Of a stretch of DNA of 64,000 nt, positions 18,657 to 29,174 are shown piece by piece (the first letter of the stretch is position 1; every line of letters starts with the position of its first letter). The translations under genes were made by a program, and so were the position numbers. Source of the DNA: Chloroflexota bacterium. Its GTDB lineage: Bacteria; Chloroflexota; Dehalococcoidia; UBA2979. The stretch lies in the NCBI GenBank assembly GCA_045863195.1, contig BTUI01000010.1, positions 15,851 through 79,850 on the forward strand, given 5' to 3'. A model generated the notes under the pieces. It worked only from the letters and a program-made list of their open reading frames with translations. It made no database searches and was not told where the DNA came from.

Positions 18657-19946
18657 ATGAGGGCCATCGCGCAGCGCCTGCCGTTCCATTACGGCTGGTT
18701 CCTGATGGGCGCGGGCGTGCTCTGCAACACGGTCTCGAACTTCGCCACGTTCTGGGCCGTCTCCATGTGGGTTCCCGCCATCGCCGACGACTTCGAGGTA
18801 GCGCGGACGCCCGTGGTGACCGCGTTCATCGGCGGGCAGGCCGTGTCCGCGCTGGTCGCGCCGTTCATCGGGCGCTATATCGACCGGAACGGCGCGCGCC
18901 GGCCGCTGCTGGTGGGATCCGTGGTGTTCCCCGGGGCGTTGCTGCTGACCTCCATGGCCCAGGGGCTGCTCCTCCTCTACATGGGGTGGATCGTCGTCGG
19001 GCTGGTGCGAGGTCTGACGCAGCCGATCCCGTTCAACTGGCTCATGACCCGGTGGTTTGACGGCCGGCTCCGGCAGTCCGCGCTGGGTGTGCTCACCGTG
19101 GGCTTCAGCCTGGGTGGGGCGACCTTCCTGCCGGTGCTCGCGGAGGTGCAGCGGTCAACCTCCTGGTCCTTCACGATGCAGGTGACCGCCGTCATCGTGT
19201 TCGTCCTGCAGGGTGTGACCGCGCTGTTCCTCGTCCGTAACCGTCCGGCCGACATCGGCATGGTGGCGAACGTTGGTGCGAGCGACCGAGGCCTGGCGCA
19301 GGTGCCGGCGGAGCAGGCGTGGGGCTTCACCGCCGCCGCCGCGATCCGTACGCCGGCGTTCTGGCTGCTGGGCTTCGCGCTCATGCTCTTCTTCATGGGC
19401 CAGGGCTCGGTGACCAACCTCGGGCTGGACTTCTTCCAGAGCCGGGAGGTGCAGGCCGGCGCGGCGGTGTTCGCCGCGGCGTCCTGGGTACGCACGATCG
19501 CGCGCATCCCCCTCGGCGCGACGCTGTCGCGGTACCGCACGCCCTATCCGCTGGGGGTGATCGTCGCGATCTCGCAGGGGATCGCGGTGGCGGCGCTGCT
19601 GCTGAGCACGGATCTCGTCGGGATCAGCATCTTCGTGGCGCTGTGGGGCATCGGCGGGGCGTTCGGGCCGATGCTCGAGCCGTTGTTCATCCCGCGCGTG
19701 TTCGGCGTGCGGCACTTCGGCGCGGTGAGCGGCAGCGTGGCGCTGGTCGCGTTCGTCGGCCAGCTGATCGGCTCGATCGGCGGCGCGTTCCTGTTCGACG
19801 TAACCGGGTCGTACTCGATCCCGTACTGGCTCTACACGGGCGGCTTCGGCGTCGCGGCGCTGCTCTTCCTCGCGGTGCGATGGGCGGAGGCGCGCCCCGG
19901 CCACATCGCGAAGGCGGAGGCGATGGGCCGGCCCCCGAGCGGGTAG
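18657..19946 (+). CDS. MFS transporter (OFA/MCT-like)
   Basis: YGW N-terminus, GRYIDRNGAR motif A, about 12 TM segments. Confidence 0.85.
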   Translation: MRAIAQRLPFHYGWFLMGAGVLCNTVSNFATFWAVSMWVPAIADDFEVARTPVVTAFIGGQAVSALVAPFIGRYIDRNGARRPLLVGSVVFPGALLLTSMAQGLLLLYMGWIVVGLVRGLTQPIPFNWLMTRWFDGRLRQSALGVLTVGFSLGGATFLPVLAEVQRSTSWSFTMQVTAVIVFVLQGVTALFLVRNRPADIGMVANVGASDRGLAQVPAEQAWGFTAAAAIRTPAFWLLGFALMLFFMGQGSVTNLGLDFFQSREVQAGAAVFAAASWVRTIARIPLGATLSRYRTPYPLGVIVAISQGIAVAALLLSTDLVGISIFVALWGIGGAFGPMLEPLFIPRVFGVRHFGAVSGSVALVAFVGQLIGSIGGAFLFDVTGSYSIPYWLYTGGFGVAALLFLAVRWAEARPGHIAKAEAMGRPPSG

Positions 19947-19964
19947 GCGACTCGCCGTGGCGGG

Positions 19965-21371
19965 TTAGAGTGCGACCACCTGGCTGCGCTCCGGCAGGTA
20001 CGTATCCCATCCCAGTTCGCGCTGCACCGCTCGGCTGAGGGCGGCGGATGCTTCCGGCGTGCCGTGGGTGACGAACACCAGCCGGGGCCGGTGCTGCATG
20101 CCGCCGAGCCAGCGGAGGAGATCCTCCCGGTCCGCGTGCGCGGAGAACTCCTCGATCTGCTCGACGCGCGCCCGTACCGGAACGTGTTCGCCGAACAGGA
20201 CGATCTCGTCGGCGCCTTCGACGATCCGCCGTCCGAGCGTGCCCGGCGCCTGGAACCCCGTGAACAGGATCGTGCACTCGGGCCGGGAGGCGTTGTGGAG
20301 CAGGTGGTGCCGGATCCGCCCACCGTCGCACATGCCGGCTCCGGCGATCACGATGTGGGGCGCCTCCACCGCGTTGATTGCGCGCGATTCCTCGGAGGTG
20401 TCGGTCACGCGCAGCGTCTTGAACTCGAAGCGGGAGTCGCCCGTCCGGAAGCCCTCCGCGACATCGCGGTCGAGGAGGTCCGGGAAGTCGCGGAAGACGC
20501 GCGTGACGGCGATCGCCATGGGGCTGTCGAAGTAGACCGGGGCGTGCGGGATCAGCCGCTGATCGAGGAGGCGACGGAGGTGGTACAGGACCTCCTGCGA
20601 TCGCTGCACCGCGAAGGCGGGGATGATCACGTTCCCGCCCCCCATCACCGTGCGGGTGATCACGTCCGCGAGGCGCGCCTCGATGTCGCCGGACGGGTGG
20701 GTGCGGTCACCGTACGTCGACTCCACGACCACGTACTCCGCCTCCGGGGCGCGCGACGGGTCGTGGAGGATCGGCCGTCCCCGACGGCCGAGGTCGCCCG
20801 AGAAGAGGATGCGGGCACGCTCGTTGCCCTCGGTCCACTCGATCAGCGCGCTCGCCGAGCCCAGGATGTGCCCGGCGTCCCGGAAGGTGAGCGAGATCCC
20901 GCGCGTGAGGCGCGTGGTGCCCCCGTACTCCGCGGTCTGCACCTGCTGCAGCGCCTGCGAGACATCGGCCGCCCGGTAGATCGGCGGCGGCCCCTCCTGC
21001 GACCGGCGGTGCGACCGGTGGTGGTGGCGTGCGGCGATCTCCGAGTCGTGCTCGGCGATGCGCGCGACGTCCTCCCAGACGATCTCGAGGAGCGCGGCGG
21101 TCGCCGGGGTGCACCAGATCGGCCCCCGGAAGCCATCGTGCACCAGCCGCGGGACGTAGCCACTGTGGTCGATGTGCGCGTGTGTCACGACGATCGCGTC
21201 GAGGGTGGCCGGGTCCACCTCGAACGGCTCGAGGTTGATCGGCTCGACGTCCGGCTCCTGGAACAGTCCGGCGTCCACGAGGATGCGCATGCCGCCGATG
21301 GTGAGCAGGTAGCGCGAGCCGGTCACGGTGCCGGCCGCCCCCAGGAACTGGATCGTCGCGTCCATCGCCAT
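19965..21371 (-). CDS. MBL-fold beta-CASP ribonuclease-like protein
   Basis: FLGAAGTVTGS, THAHIDHSG, AGHILGS, ESTYGDR, FSAHAD, THG. Confidence 0.9.
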   Translation of the reverse strand: MAMDATIQFLGAAGTVTGSRYLLTIGGMRILVDAGLFQEPDVEPINLEPFEVDPATLDAIVVTHAHIDHSGYVPRLVHDGFRGPIWCTPATAALLEIVWEDVARIAEHDSEIAARHHHRSHRRSQEGPPPIYRAADVSQALQQVQTAEYGGTTRLTRGISLTFRDAGHILGSASALIEWTEGNERARILFSGDLGRRGRPILHDPSRAPEAEYVVVESTYGDRTHPSGDIEARLADVITRTVMGGGNVIIPAFAVQRSQEVLYHLRRLLDQRLIPHAPVYFDSPMAIAVTRVFRDFPDLLDRDVAEGFRTGDSRFEFKTLRVTDTSEESRAINAVEAPHIVIAGAGMCDGGRIRHHLLHNASRPECTILFTGFQAPGTLGRRIVEGADEIVLFGEHVPVRARVEQIEEFSAHADREDLLRWLGGMQHRPRLVFVTHGTPEASAALSRAVQRELGWDTYLPERSQVVAL

Positions 21372-21547
21372 GCCGCGGCCCTCCGTGCTCGCCCCTCCTC
21401 GGAGGCGTTGCTCGGCACAGTGTGCCACCCGCCACCGGTGCCGGCGCGGGACGTTGGTCGCCCGGTGGGCGGGCCCGGATCCACGCTTGTTATCATCCCG
21501 CCGCTGCGCCCTGGATGGGACGCGCGGACGCCAAGAAGGAGCATGTG

Positions 21548-22474
21548 ATGCCGAACCACCTGGACGGGAAGACCGCGATCGTGACGGGAGGCGGCCGGGG
21601 CATCGGGCGCGGCATCGCCCTCGCGCTGGCGGAGCAGGGTGCGCGCGTGGTGGTGAACGACTTCGGTGGCTCGGTGGAGGGTACCGGCGCCGACACCTCG
21701 CCCGCGGACGACGTGGTGGCGGAGATCCGCCGGCGGGGCGGCATCGCGGAGCCGAACTATGCGGATGTCTCCGACCACCGCGCCGCGGAGGCGCTGGTTG
21801 GCCAGGCGATCAACACGTGGGGGCACCTGGACATCCTCGTGAACGTCGCGGGCATCTTGCGCGAGCGGATGATCTTCAACATGACGGAGGAAGAGTGGGA
21901 CGCGGTGATCCGCGTCCACCTGAAGGGGACGTACAACACGACCCACTTCGCATCGATCCACTGGCGCTCCACGCGCCGAGGCGGGTCGCGGCTGATCAAC
22001 TTCACCTCCACGGCCGGCATCAACGGCTCGCCGGGCCAGCCGAACTACGCCGCCGCGAAGGCCGGCCTGATCGGCTTCACGAAGTCCTGCGCGAACGCGC
22101 TCGGCCGGTACGGGGTCACCTCCAACGCCATCGCCCCGGGCGCCGCGACGCGCATGACGGACCGAGGCCGCGCGAACGCGGACGCCACGCGTTCCGGCAA
22201 CGCGGAGAGCGCGCGCGTGGCCGGGACGGAGCGCGACCCGGAGAACGTGGCGCCGATCGTGGTCTACCTGTGCTCGGACGCCGCGGCCAACGTGAGCGGG
22301 CGCACCATCGGCGCGTCCGGCTACCGGGTGAGCCTCTACAGCGACATGGAGATCGAGCGCGAGATCTACAACGACGGCCCGTGGGACATCGACCGGCTGT
22401 TTGAACTCGCGCCGAAGTCGATCTTCCGCGGCCTGGAGCCGCCGAGCGGCGACGCGCTCCGCATCGGCGCGTAG
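21548..22474 (+). CDS. Short-chain dehydrogenase (hydroxyacyl-CoA DH-like)
   Basis: TGGGRGIG, VVVNDFG, NVAGILR, YAAAK. Confidence 0.9.
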   Translation: MPNHLDGKTAIVTGGGRGIGRGIALALAEQGARVVVNDFGGSVEGTGADTSPADDVVAEIRRRGGIAEPNYADVSDHRAAEALVGQAINTWGHLDILVNVAGILRERMIFNMTEEEWDAVIRVHLKGTYNTTHFASIHWRSTRRGGSRLINFTSTAGINGSPGQPNYAAAKAGLIGFTKSCANALGRYGVTSNAIAPGAATRMTDRGRANADATRSGNAESARVAGTERDPENVAPIVVYLCSDAAANVSGRTIGASGYRVSLYSDMEIEREIYNDGPWDIDRLFELAPKSIFRGLEPPSGDALRIGA

Positions 22475-22508
22475 CGGCGTCAGGCTGACGAGCGGCGAGG
22501 AGGCTGCG

Positions 22509-23357
22509 ATGGCGACCGAGGTTCACGAAGTAGAGGTGCAGGAGGGCGTCGTCTTCGGACGCGGCGGTGGCCGTGACCTCCGCTGTGATGTCTACCGACC
22601 GGCCGGTGTCGCCGGGCCGCTCCCCGCCGCGCTCGTGTTGTACGGCGGCGGCTGGGTGCGCGGCAGTCGCGAGGCGGTGCGCGAGCAATCGCGCCGCCTC
22701 GCCGAGCGCGGCTTCGTCGCGGTGGCCGGGGAGTACCGGCTGTCCGGCGAGTCGCGCTGGCCGGCGCACATCCACGATGTGAAGGCCGCGCTGCGCTGGA
22801 TGCACGCGAACGCCGCCACGCTCGGCATCGACGCGTCGAAGATCGCGGCGGTGGGGTTCTCCGCCGGCGCGCACCTGTCGCTGCTGGCGGCGGGGACGCC
22901 CGGCGACCCGCGCTTCGCCGGCGATGGCGGCAACCCCGGCGCGTCCGAGGCGGTGGCCGCGGTGGTGGCGTTCTACCCGCCGGTGCACTTCCACATGCCG
23001 GGGGAGAAGCGGAGCGGTGCTTCGCCCGCCACGGCGCTGGCCGCCGACCTCACCGCCCAGGAGGCGGAGACGGCCGCGCCGATGACGTACGTCTCCCCGG
23101 CATACCCGCCGACGATGCTGCTGCACGGCACCGCCGACAAGGTGGTGCCGGTCTCCGCCTCGCTGCGGATGCAAGAGGCGCTGAGCGCGGTGCGCGTGCC
23201 GGTGGACCTGCGCCTCTACCACGGGCTGCCGCACGGCTTCCCGCGACTCCCCGGCCTGATGGAGGTCGCGATGACGGACGTGGCGTCCTTCCTGGACCGC
23301 GTGATGGTCGCGCCGGAGCGGTACGTGATCGACGGGACGATGCCGCCGGGCACCTAG
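22509..23357 (+). CDS. Alpha/beta hydrolase (HSL/BD-FAE-like esterase)
   Basis: YGGGW, GFSAG nucleophile, HGTAD, HGF. Confidence 0.88.
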   Translation: MATEVHEVEVQEGVVFGRGGGRDLRCDVYRPAGVAGPLPAALVLYGGGWVRGSREAVREQSRRLAERGFVAVAGEYRLSGESRWPAHIHDVKAALRWMHANAATLGIDASKIAAVGFSAGAHLSLLAAGTPGDPRFAGDGGNPGASEAVAAVVAFYPPVHFHMPGEKRSGASPATALAADLTAQEAETAAPMTYVSPAYPPTMLLHGTADKVVPVSASLRMQEALSAVRVPVDLRLYHGLPHGFPRLPGLMEVAMTDVASFLDRVMVAPERYVIDGTMPPGT

Positions 23358-23370
23358 TACCGTCGTCCGC

Positions 23371-23571
23371 ATGACGGCCACCGACGAGGAACGCGACCGC
23401 CTGCTCGCCCGATACCGCGAGGCGCTCGCCGAGATCGCCCGGCTCTCGCAGCCGGACGACCTCGGCGCGGGCGAGCGGACGGCAAGGCTCGCCGGGCTGG
23501 CTGCCTGGCAGGCCGAGGCCGACCGCCTCCACGCGCTCCTCGCCACCGGCGGGGACGCCCCACCGCGCTGA
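23371..23571 (+). CDS. Small hypothetical helical protein
   Basis: ATG ORF filling the gap, GC3-rich codons. No motif recognised. Confidence 0.4.
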   Translation: MTATDEERDRLLARYREALAEIARLSQPDDLGAGERTARLAGLAAWQAEADRLHALLATGGDAPPR

Positions 23572-23608
23572 CCGGACGGTACGATCGAGGCGGATCGGTG
23601 GAGGCGAG

Positions 23609-23977
23609 ATGCCCGGGGAACGCGAATCACGGCTGGTCTACTCCACGGACGGCGAGCGTGTCGTCCAGGCCAGGTCGCGCCCTGCGCCGGGCTCGAAGGC
23701 TGCGCCGTCGAAGCAGCCTGCGCGCACAGACCCGGACGATGGGTTCGTGCGGGTGCGGCGCGAGAAGTCCGGTCGTGGCGGCAAGACCGTCACCACCGTC
23801 ACCGGCGTCCGTGGCTCCGAGCGCGACCTGGACGACCTGCTGAAGGTACTGAAGCAGCACTGCGGCGCGGGCGGCACGCGCGAGGGCGCCACTCTGGAAA
23901 TCCAGGGCGACCATCGCGACCGGCTTCACGCGAAACTCGTCGCGCTCGGCCACCGCGTCAAACTCGCCGGGGGCTAG
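23609..23977 (+). CDS. yciH: SUI1/eIF1-like translation factor
   Basis: LVYSTDG, REKSGRGGKTVT, LKQHCGAGGT, EIQGDHR. Confidence 0.9.
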   Translation: MPGERESRLVYSTDGERVVQARSRPAPGSKAAPSKQPARTDPDDGFVRVRREKSGRGGKTVTTVTGVRGSERDLDDLLKVLKQHCGAGGTREGATLEIQGDHRDRLHAKLVALGHRVKLAGG

Positions 23978-24053
23978 CCGGGCCAGTCGCCGGACCCCCG
24001 TCCGGGGACGGCAGGAGCGAAGGGCGTAGACTGCCGCGATTCCCGGTGCCCGC

Positions 24054-25388
24054 GTGGCGCGGCCCGGTAGAAGGCCGCGTCCTGTGCTGCGCTGGATCTC
24101 CGAACGCATCTACTACGGCTGGGTGATGGTGGGCGCGGCGCTCGCGATCAATGCCGTCTCGTCCACCGTGAACCCGGTCGTCTTCTCCTTCATGATCGGC
24201 CCGATGGCGGACGACCTGGGGATCCCCCGGAGCGAACTCGCCTGGTCGTTCACGCTCCGGCTCGTCGCGGCGGGCCTGGTGGGGCCGTACCTCGGCGTCC
24301 TGATCGACCGCCACGGCACGAGGTGGATCGGAGCGGGGAGCGGCGCGCTCGTCGGCACGATGTTGCTGCTGCTCGCGATGTCGCACGACCTCTGGGTGAT
24401 CTACCTCGTCTTCGCCGTCTCGGGGCTCGCCGGCCTCGGTGGGCCCAGCGGGCAACTGCTGACGCAGGTCCCCCTCGCCAAGTGGTTCGTCGCGAAGCGC
24501 GGTCGTGCGCTCGCCATCGGCACCATGGGCATGGCGGCGGGCACCACGGTCGCGATTCCGGTCACGCAGTGGCTCATCGAGGGCCACGGCTGGCGGACGA
24601 CGAACGTGATCTTCGGCCTCGTCGTCATGGCAGTGGTGATCCCCGTAAGCGCGATCTTCGTGCGCCGCACCCCGGAGGACATCGGCCTGTTCCCGGACGG
24701 CGCGGACACGCCGCCGTCCGAGGTCACCGGGCAGTCGCCTCACCTCGCCCACCTCACCACCACCGAGGACTGGACGGTGCGCGAGGCGATGCGCACGCGG
24801 TCGATGTGGCTGCTGCTGGTGGCGCTGGGGATCGCGGGCGTGGTGCTGACCGGCACGCTCGTCTACCGCGTCGACTTCTGGCGTGACACGGGCATGTCGC
24901 CCGGCCTCGTGGCGCTGGGCACCACGCTCGATCCTCTGACGGTGGTGTTCTCCGTGTTCGCCTTCGGGCTGGTCGCCGACCGCGTCCCCGTCCGCTACCT
25001 CGGCTTCGTGGGCCTCGGTGGCCTCGCGGCCTCCACCGTGCCGATGATCCTCACGGATGGCGAGGCGTACACGATCGTGCTGCACAACGTCCTGTGGGGC
25101 GCTGCTGCCGGCGGCTTCATCACGCTCAACAACCTCGTCTGGCCGAACTATTTCGGGCGGGAGTTCCTCGGCGCGATCCGTGGGGTCGTGCTGCCGGTCT
25201 CGATCGCCGCATCGGGCATCGGCGCGCCGCTGTTCGGCTACATCCTGGACGCTGGTGTGGAGCCGCGCCGCCTCTGGTTCGCCGCGACGGTGACCTTCGC
25301 GCTCGCCGCCGTGCTCGTGCTCCTCGCGCGCCCGCCAAGGCGTCCCGCCACGGGCGTCGGGCACGCGCCTGCCGCGATCGTGACGTAG
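24054..25388 (+). CDS. MFS transporter (OFA/MCT-like)
   Basis: YYGW, GVLIDRHGTR, KWFVAKRGRA, YFGR. Exact start uncertain. Confidence 0.85.
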   Translation: MARPGRRPRPVLRWISERIYYGWVMVGAALAINAVSSTVNPVVFSFMIGPMADDLGIPRSELAWSFTLRLVAAGLVGPYLGVLIDRHGTRWIGAGSGALVGTMLLLLAMSHDLWVIYLVFAVSGLAGLGGPSGQLLTQVPLAKWFVAKRGRALAIGTMGMAAGTTVAIPVTQWLIEGHGWRTTNVIFGLVVMAVVIPVSAIFVRRTPEDIGLFPDGADTPPSEVTGQSPHLAHLTTTEDWTVREAMRTRSMWLLLVALGIAGVVLTGTLVYRVDFWRDTGMSPGLVALGTTLDPLTVVFSVFAFGLVADRVPVRYLGFVGLGGLAASTVPMILTDGEAYTIVLHNVLWGAAAGGFITLNNLVWPNYFGREFLGAIRGVVLPVSIAASGIGAPLFGYILDAGVEPRRLWFAATVTFALAAVLVLLARPPRRPATGVGHAPAAIVT

Positions 25389-25440
25389 ACTGCCGCGAGC
25401 CCGCCACCGGGCACCGGCCGACGAGGGGACGACGAGCGAC

Positions 25441-26697
25441 ATGGCGCAGGGCCGCCCGGGGTTGAGGCAGGCGGTCGCCGCCCTCGCGTACCCGGACTAC
25501 CGGCGCTTCGCGGCGTCCCTGCTCCTGACCTCCATGGGGGCGCAGCTCGTCCAGACCGCCACCCTCTGGCAGGTCTACGAGCTCACCGGCAGCGCGCTTC
25601 TGCTCGGCCTCACCGGGATCGCGAGGGCGGTGCCCCACATGGTGCTGTCCCTGGTCGGCGGGGTGATCGCGGACCGGGTGAACCGCGTGCGGCTGATCCA
25701 GGTCGGGCAGGTGCTGAACGGCGTCCTCGTCCTCGCCCTCGCGCTGCTCACCATCACGGGCACGGTGGAGGTGTGGCACCTCTACGTCATCACGTTCCTG
25801 AACAGCGCCTTCACCGCCGCGACCCAGCCCGCTCGCGCTGCCCTCATCCCGTCACTCATTGGCCAGGGGAACCTGGTGAACGCGATCGCCCTGAACGCGA
25901 CGATCATGCAGACCTCGCAGATCATCGGGCCGGCGCTCGGCGGCATCGCCCTCGCGTGGATCGACATCGGGCCGACCTACGTGATCAACGGGGTGATGTA
26001 CCTCGGCGGGATGATTGCGATCATCGGCATCCGCGCGCCGGTGACGCCCCCGAAGGCGACCGAAAGCCCGTGGCAGTCGTTCCTCGACGGCCTGGCGTTC
26101 GTCCGGCAGCGGAAGGTGATCGTCTCGCTGCTCCTGCTCGACCTCGCGGAGACCGTGTTCGGGAGCTACCGGGCGCTGCTGCCGATTGTTGCGGACAACA
26201 TGGGCGCGGGCGCGACGGGGTACGGCTTCCTCAGCGCCGCGCCCGGGGTCGGTGCGCTGGTCGGGGCGACCTTCATCCTGTCGCTGGGCGACATGCGCTA
26301 CAAGGGCCTCTACACGATCTTCGGGGTGCTCGGGTACTGCGTGGCGCTGGTCGTGCTGGGCCTCTCACCGTGGCTGTGGCTCGGGCTGATCGCCTCTGCG
26401 CTCCTCGGCGCGACCAACTCCATCCAGATGATCCCGAGGAACACCGTCATCCTCGCGATCTCCCCGGACGCGCTCCGCGGCCGCGTGGAGGCGTTCCGCA
26501 GCATGATGGCGGGCGGCGGCCCGCCGCTCGGCTTCGCGTTCAGCGGCGGCCTGGCGGCGGTCGTCGGCGCGCCGCTCGCGCTCGTCATCGGCGGCGTGGT
26601 GTGCGCGGTCGCCGTCGCCGGTATCGGCGTCGCCGACCGCGAACTGCGCGACCCGGACCTCGGTGCACCGCCTCGGCGCGACCGCGTGGAGGCGTGA
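25441..26697 (+). CDS. MFS transporter (DHA3/EntS-like)
   Basis: WQVYELTGS, GGVIADRVNR, PARAALIP, LRGRV. Confidence 0.85.
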   Translation: MAQGRPGLRQAVAALAYPDYRRFAASLLLTSMGAQLVQTATLWQVYELTGSALLLGLTGIARAVPHMVLSLVGGVIADRVNRVRLIQVGQVLNGVLVLALALLTITGTVEVWHLYVITFLNSAFTAATQPARAALIPSLIGQGNLVNAIALNATIMQTSQIIGPALGGIALAWIDIGPTYVINGVMYLGGMIAIIGIRAPVTPPKATESPWQSFLDGLAFVRQRKVIVSLLLLDLAETVFGSYRALLPIVADNMGAGATGYGFLSAAPGVGALVGATFILSLGDMRYKGLYTIFGVLGYCVALVVLGLSPWLWLGLIASALLGATNSIQMIPRNTVILAISPDALRGRVEAFRSMMAGGGPPLGFAFSGGLAAVVGAPLALVIGGVVCAVAVAGIGVADRELRDPDLGAPPRRDRVEA

Positions 26698-26713
26698 CGA
26701 CCGGACGCGCCGC

Positions 26714-27643
26714 CTAGAAGGGCAACTCCACGCCCACGCCCTGTTCCCGCGCCTTGCGGAGGACGTAAGCGCTGGCGGCGACATCCTCGATGCCGATGCC
26801 CTGGCTTTCGAAGAGCGTGATCGCGTCCGCGGAGGGGCGGCCGGCCACGCGTCCGCTCACCACCTCGTGCAGTTCGACCGCCTGGCCCCAGCGGAAGACG
26901 CCGCGGTCCGCGGCGGAGATCAGCTCGCCGCACTCGATCTTCGCCTGCTCCAGGTTGTCGACCGCGATCAGCGCGGACCGCTCGATGGTGGTGTCGTCCA
27001 CCTCGCGCTTCGCGTAGGAGTTCGACCCGGCGGCGACCACGCAGGTACCCGGCTCCAGCAGCGAACCATCGAACACCGGCTCCCTCGCGCTGGTGATCGC
27101 GACGACGATGTCCGAGCCGCGCACCGCCGCCTCCGAGGAGTCGACCGGCATGACGTCGAGGCCGAGGCGGTCGCGCATCTGAGCGGCGAACTGGCGTCGG
27201 GTCTCCTCCGTGCGTGCGAACACCTTCGCCTGGCGGATCGGGCGGACCGCAGCGATCGCCTCGAGCTGGGTCTGCGCCTGGCGGCCCGCGCCGATGACGC
27301 CGACGACGCCGGCGTCCGGCTTCGACATGTACTTCACGGCCACGCCGCTCGCCGCGCCGGTGCGGATCCAGGCGAGCGTGCCCGGCTCCAGCAGCGCCTC
27401 CAGCCGGCCCGTGTCCGTGCTGTAGAGCACGGTGAGGTTCGAATGCCGGATGCCGTATGCCCCGCTCCCCAGGACGCTGCCGCCCATCAGGGTGGACCCG
27501 GCCCGCCCGTACCGCCGCCGCTGCCGTGCCACGTTCTCCACGAGGCCGCGCGACTCCTGCCGGAACAGGTCATCGAGGACCTCGATGCACTCGTCCATCG
27601 GCAGCAGGCGCTGCACATCCGCGTTGGTCAGGTAGATCGCCAC
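26714..27643 (-). CDS. Ornithine cyclodeaminase/mu-crystallin family protein
   Basis: IRTGAASGVA, GAGRQA, AAGSN..REVD, LFESQGIGIEDVA. Confidence 0.9.
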   Translation of the reverse strand: MAIYLTNADVQRLLPMDECIEVLDDLFRQESRGLVENVARQRRRYGRAGSTLMGGSVLGSGAYGIRHSNLTVLYSTDTGRLEALLEPGTLAWIRTGAASGVAVKYMSKPDAGVVGVIGAGRQAQTQLEAIAAVRPIRQAKVFARTEETRRQFAAQMRDRLGLDVMPVDSSEAAVRGSDIVVAITSAREPVFDGSLLEPGTCVVAAGSNSYAKREVDDTTIERSALIAVDNLEQAKIECGELISAADRGVFRWGQAVELHEVVSGRVAGRPSADAITLFESQGIGIEDVAASAYVLRKAREQGVGVELPF

Positions 27644-27800
27644 GTCCGGCTCCCCTCGTGCGTGGGTCAGTGTATGTCCCGGCCGGACGGGCACCGCGCC
27701 TCTGTGTTGTCGTTGTCACGGGGTTGGGTCGTGCTACTCTCCGCACTTCCCGTTCACGTCAGGGATGGGGCTCCGGTGCCGGCCGGAGGAGGAGGGAACC

Positions 27801-29150
27801 GTGGCGACGCTGCGAGACCGACCGCGGACTGAGGCATCCGCCCCCGCTGCGACGGCTGCGAACGAGGTGCGTGCTGAGGCCGCCGGCGGCGGCGCGCCGC
27901 CACCGCGCCGTTCCCGCTTCGGCCTGCCTCGCACGTTCGAGTCGTTCCGCGACCGCGAGTTCCGCTGGTTCTACCTCTCGATGCTCGGCCAGATGGCCGC
28001 GATGAACATGCAGTTGGTCGTGCGCGGCTACCTCGCGTACGTGCTGACCGGGTCGTACGGCGCGCTGGGCCTCGTGGGCCTTATGGGCGGCCTGCCGATG
28101 CTGGTGCTCGCGCCGTTTGGCGGCGTCCTCGCGGACCGCGTGTCGAAGAAGAAGGTGCTCCAGGTCGGGCAGTTCGCCAGCATGACGAACGCCGGCGTCC
28201 TTGCCGCGCTCGCCTTCGCGGACGTGATGGCAATGCACTGGCTGCTGCTCTCCGCGCTCGCGCAGGGCATCGTCATGGCGCTCACGATGCCGACGCGGCA
28301 GGCGATGATCCCGGACATCGTCGGCATGCAGCGCATGATGAACGCGGTCTCGCTGAACATGGCCGGCATGAACACCATGCGGCTGTTCGCGCCGGCCGCC
28401 GGTGGGTTCATCGTGGAGTTCTTCGGCTTTGGCTGGGCGTTCACGGCCATGGCGTCCATGTTCCTCATCGCGATCTTCGCGCTGATGCAGGTGACCCGGC
28501 AGAACGCGACGGCGCCCGGCAAGGCCGGCGACAGCATCGGCGGTGTCGCGCTCAGCAGCCTGCGGGACATCGCGGAGGGCATGCGGTACATCGTGCGGAC
28601 GCGGCTGATGCTGGCGCTCCTCGGCATCTCCTTCATCTCGTCGATCTTCGGGATGCCGTACCAGTTCCTGCTGCCGGGCTACGTGGCCGACATCTTCGAC
28701 GGCGGCGGCGCCGAGGTCGGACAGTTGCTGGCGATCAGCGCCGTCGGCGCGCTCGCCGGTGCGCTGGTGCTCGCCACGCTGCCCTCGAAGCGTCGCGGCT
28801 GGATGCTGCTCGGCGGCTCCGCGGTGCTGGGGGCGGGGCTCTGGGCGTTCGTCCAGACGGACTCGTTCTGGGTCGCCGGCGGCCTGCTGATGATCGTGGG
28901 CCTCGGCTCGTCGTTCCGGCAGGCGCTGAGCCAGGGCCTGCTGCTCTCGAACGTGGAGAACGCCTACCGAGGGCGCGTGATGGCCGTGTTCATGATGCAG
29001 ATGAGCATGATGCAGCTGTCCACGTTCTTCGTCGGCGTGATCGGTGACCGCGTGGGCATCCAGAACGCCATTGGCGGGCTGGGCATCGGCCTGCTCCTGA
29101 CCGTGGCGTTCTTCACGCTCTTCGTCCCCTCGATCCGCCGGCTCGACTGA
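27801..29150 (+). CDS. MFS transporter (DHA3-like)
   Basis: GGAGGAGG RBS then GTG. GGVLADRVSK, PTRQAMIP, YRGRVM. Confidence 0.85.
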   Translation: MATLRDRPRTEASAPAATAANEVRAEAAGGGAPPPRRSRFGLPRTFESFRDREFRWFYLSMLGQMAAMNMQLVVRGYLAYVLTGSYGALGLVGLMGGLPMLVLAPFGGVLADRVSKKKVLQVGQFASMTNAGVLAALAFADVMAMHWLLLSALAQGIVMALTMPTRQAMIPDIVGMQRMMNAVSLNMAGMNTMRLFAPAAGGFIVEFFGFGWAFTAMASMFLIAIFALMQVTRQNATAPGKAGDSIGGVALSSLRDIAEGMRYIVRTRLMLALLGISFISSIFGMPYQFLLPGYVADIFDGGGAEVGQLLAISAVGALAGALVLATLPSKRRGWMLLGGSAVLGAGLWAFVQTDSFWVAGGLLMIVGLGSSFRQALSQGLLLSNVENAYRGRVMAVFMMQMSMMQLSTFFVGVIGDRVGIQNAIGGLGIGLLLTVAFFTLFVPSIRRLD

Positions 29151-29174
29151 GCCGCGGTCGAGGGCACTCGACGG

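Noticed and set aside
23371-23571. ORF ending APPR as a third PPPR-type leader
   Set aside because: No hydrophobic signal, no His/Cys cluster and only two prolines; the downstream gene is yciH, not a metal gene.
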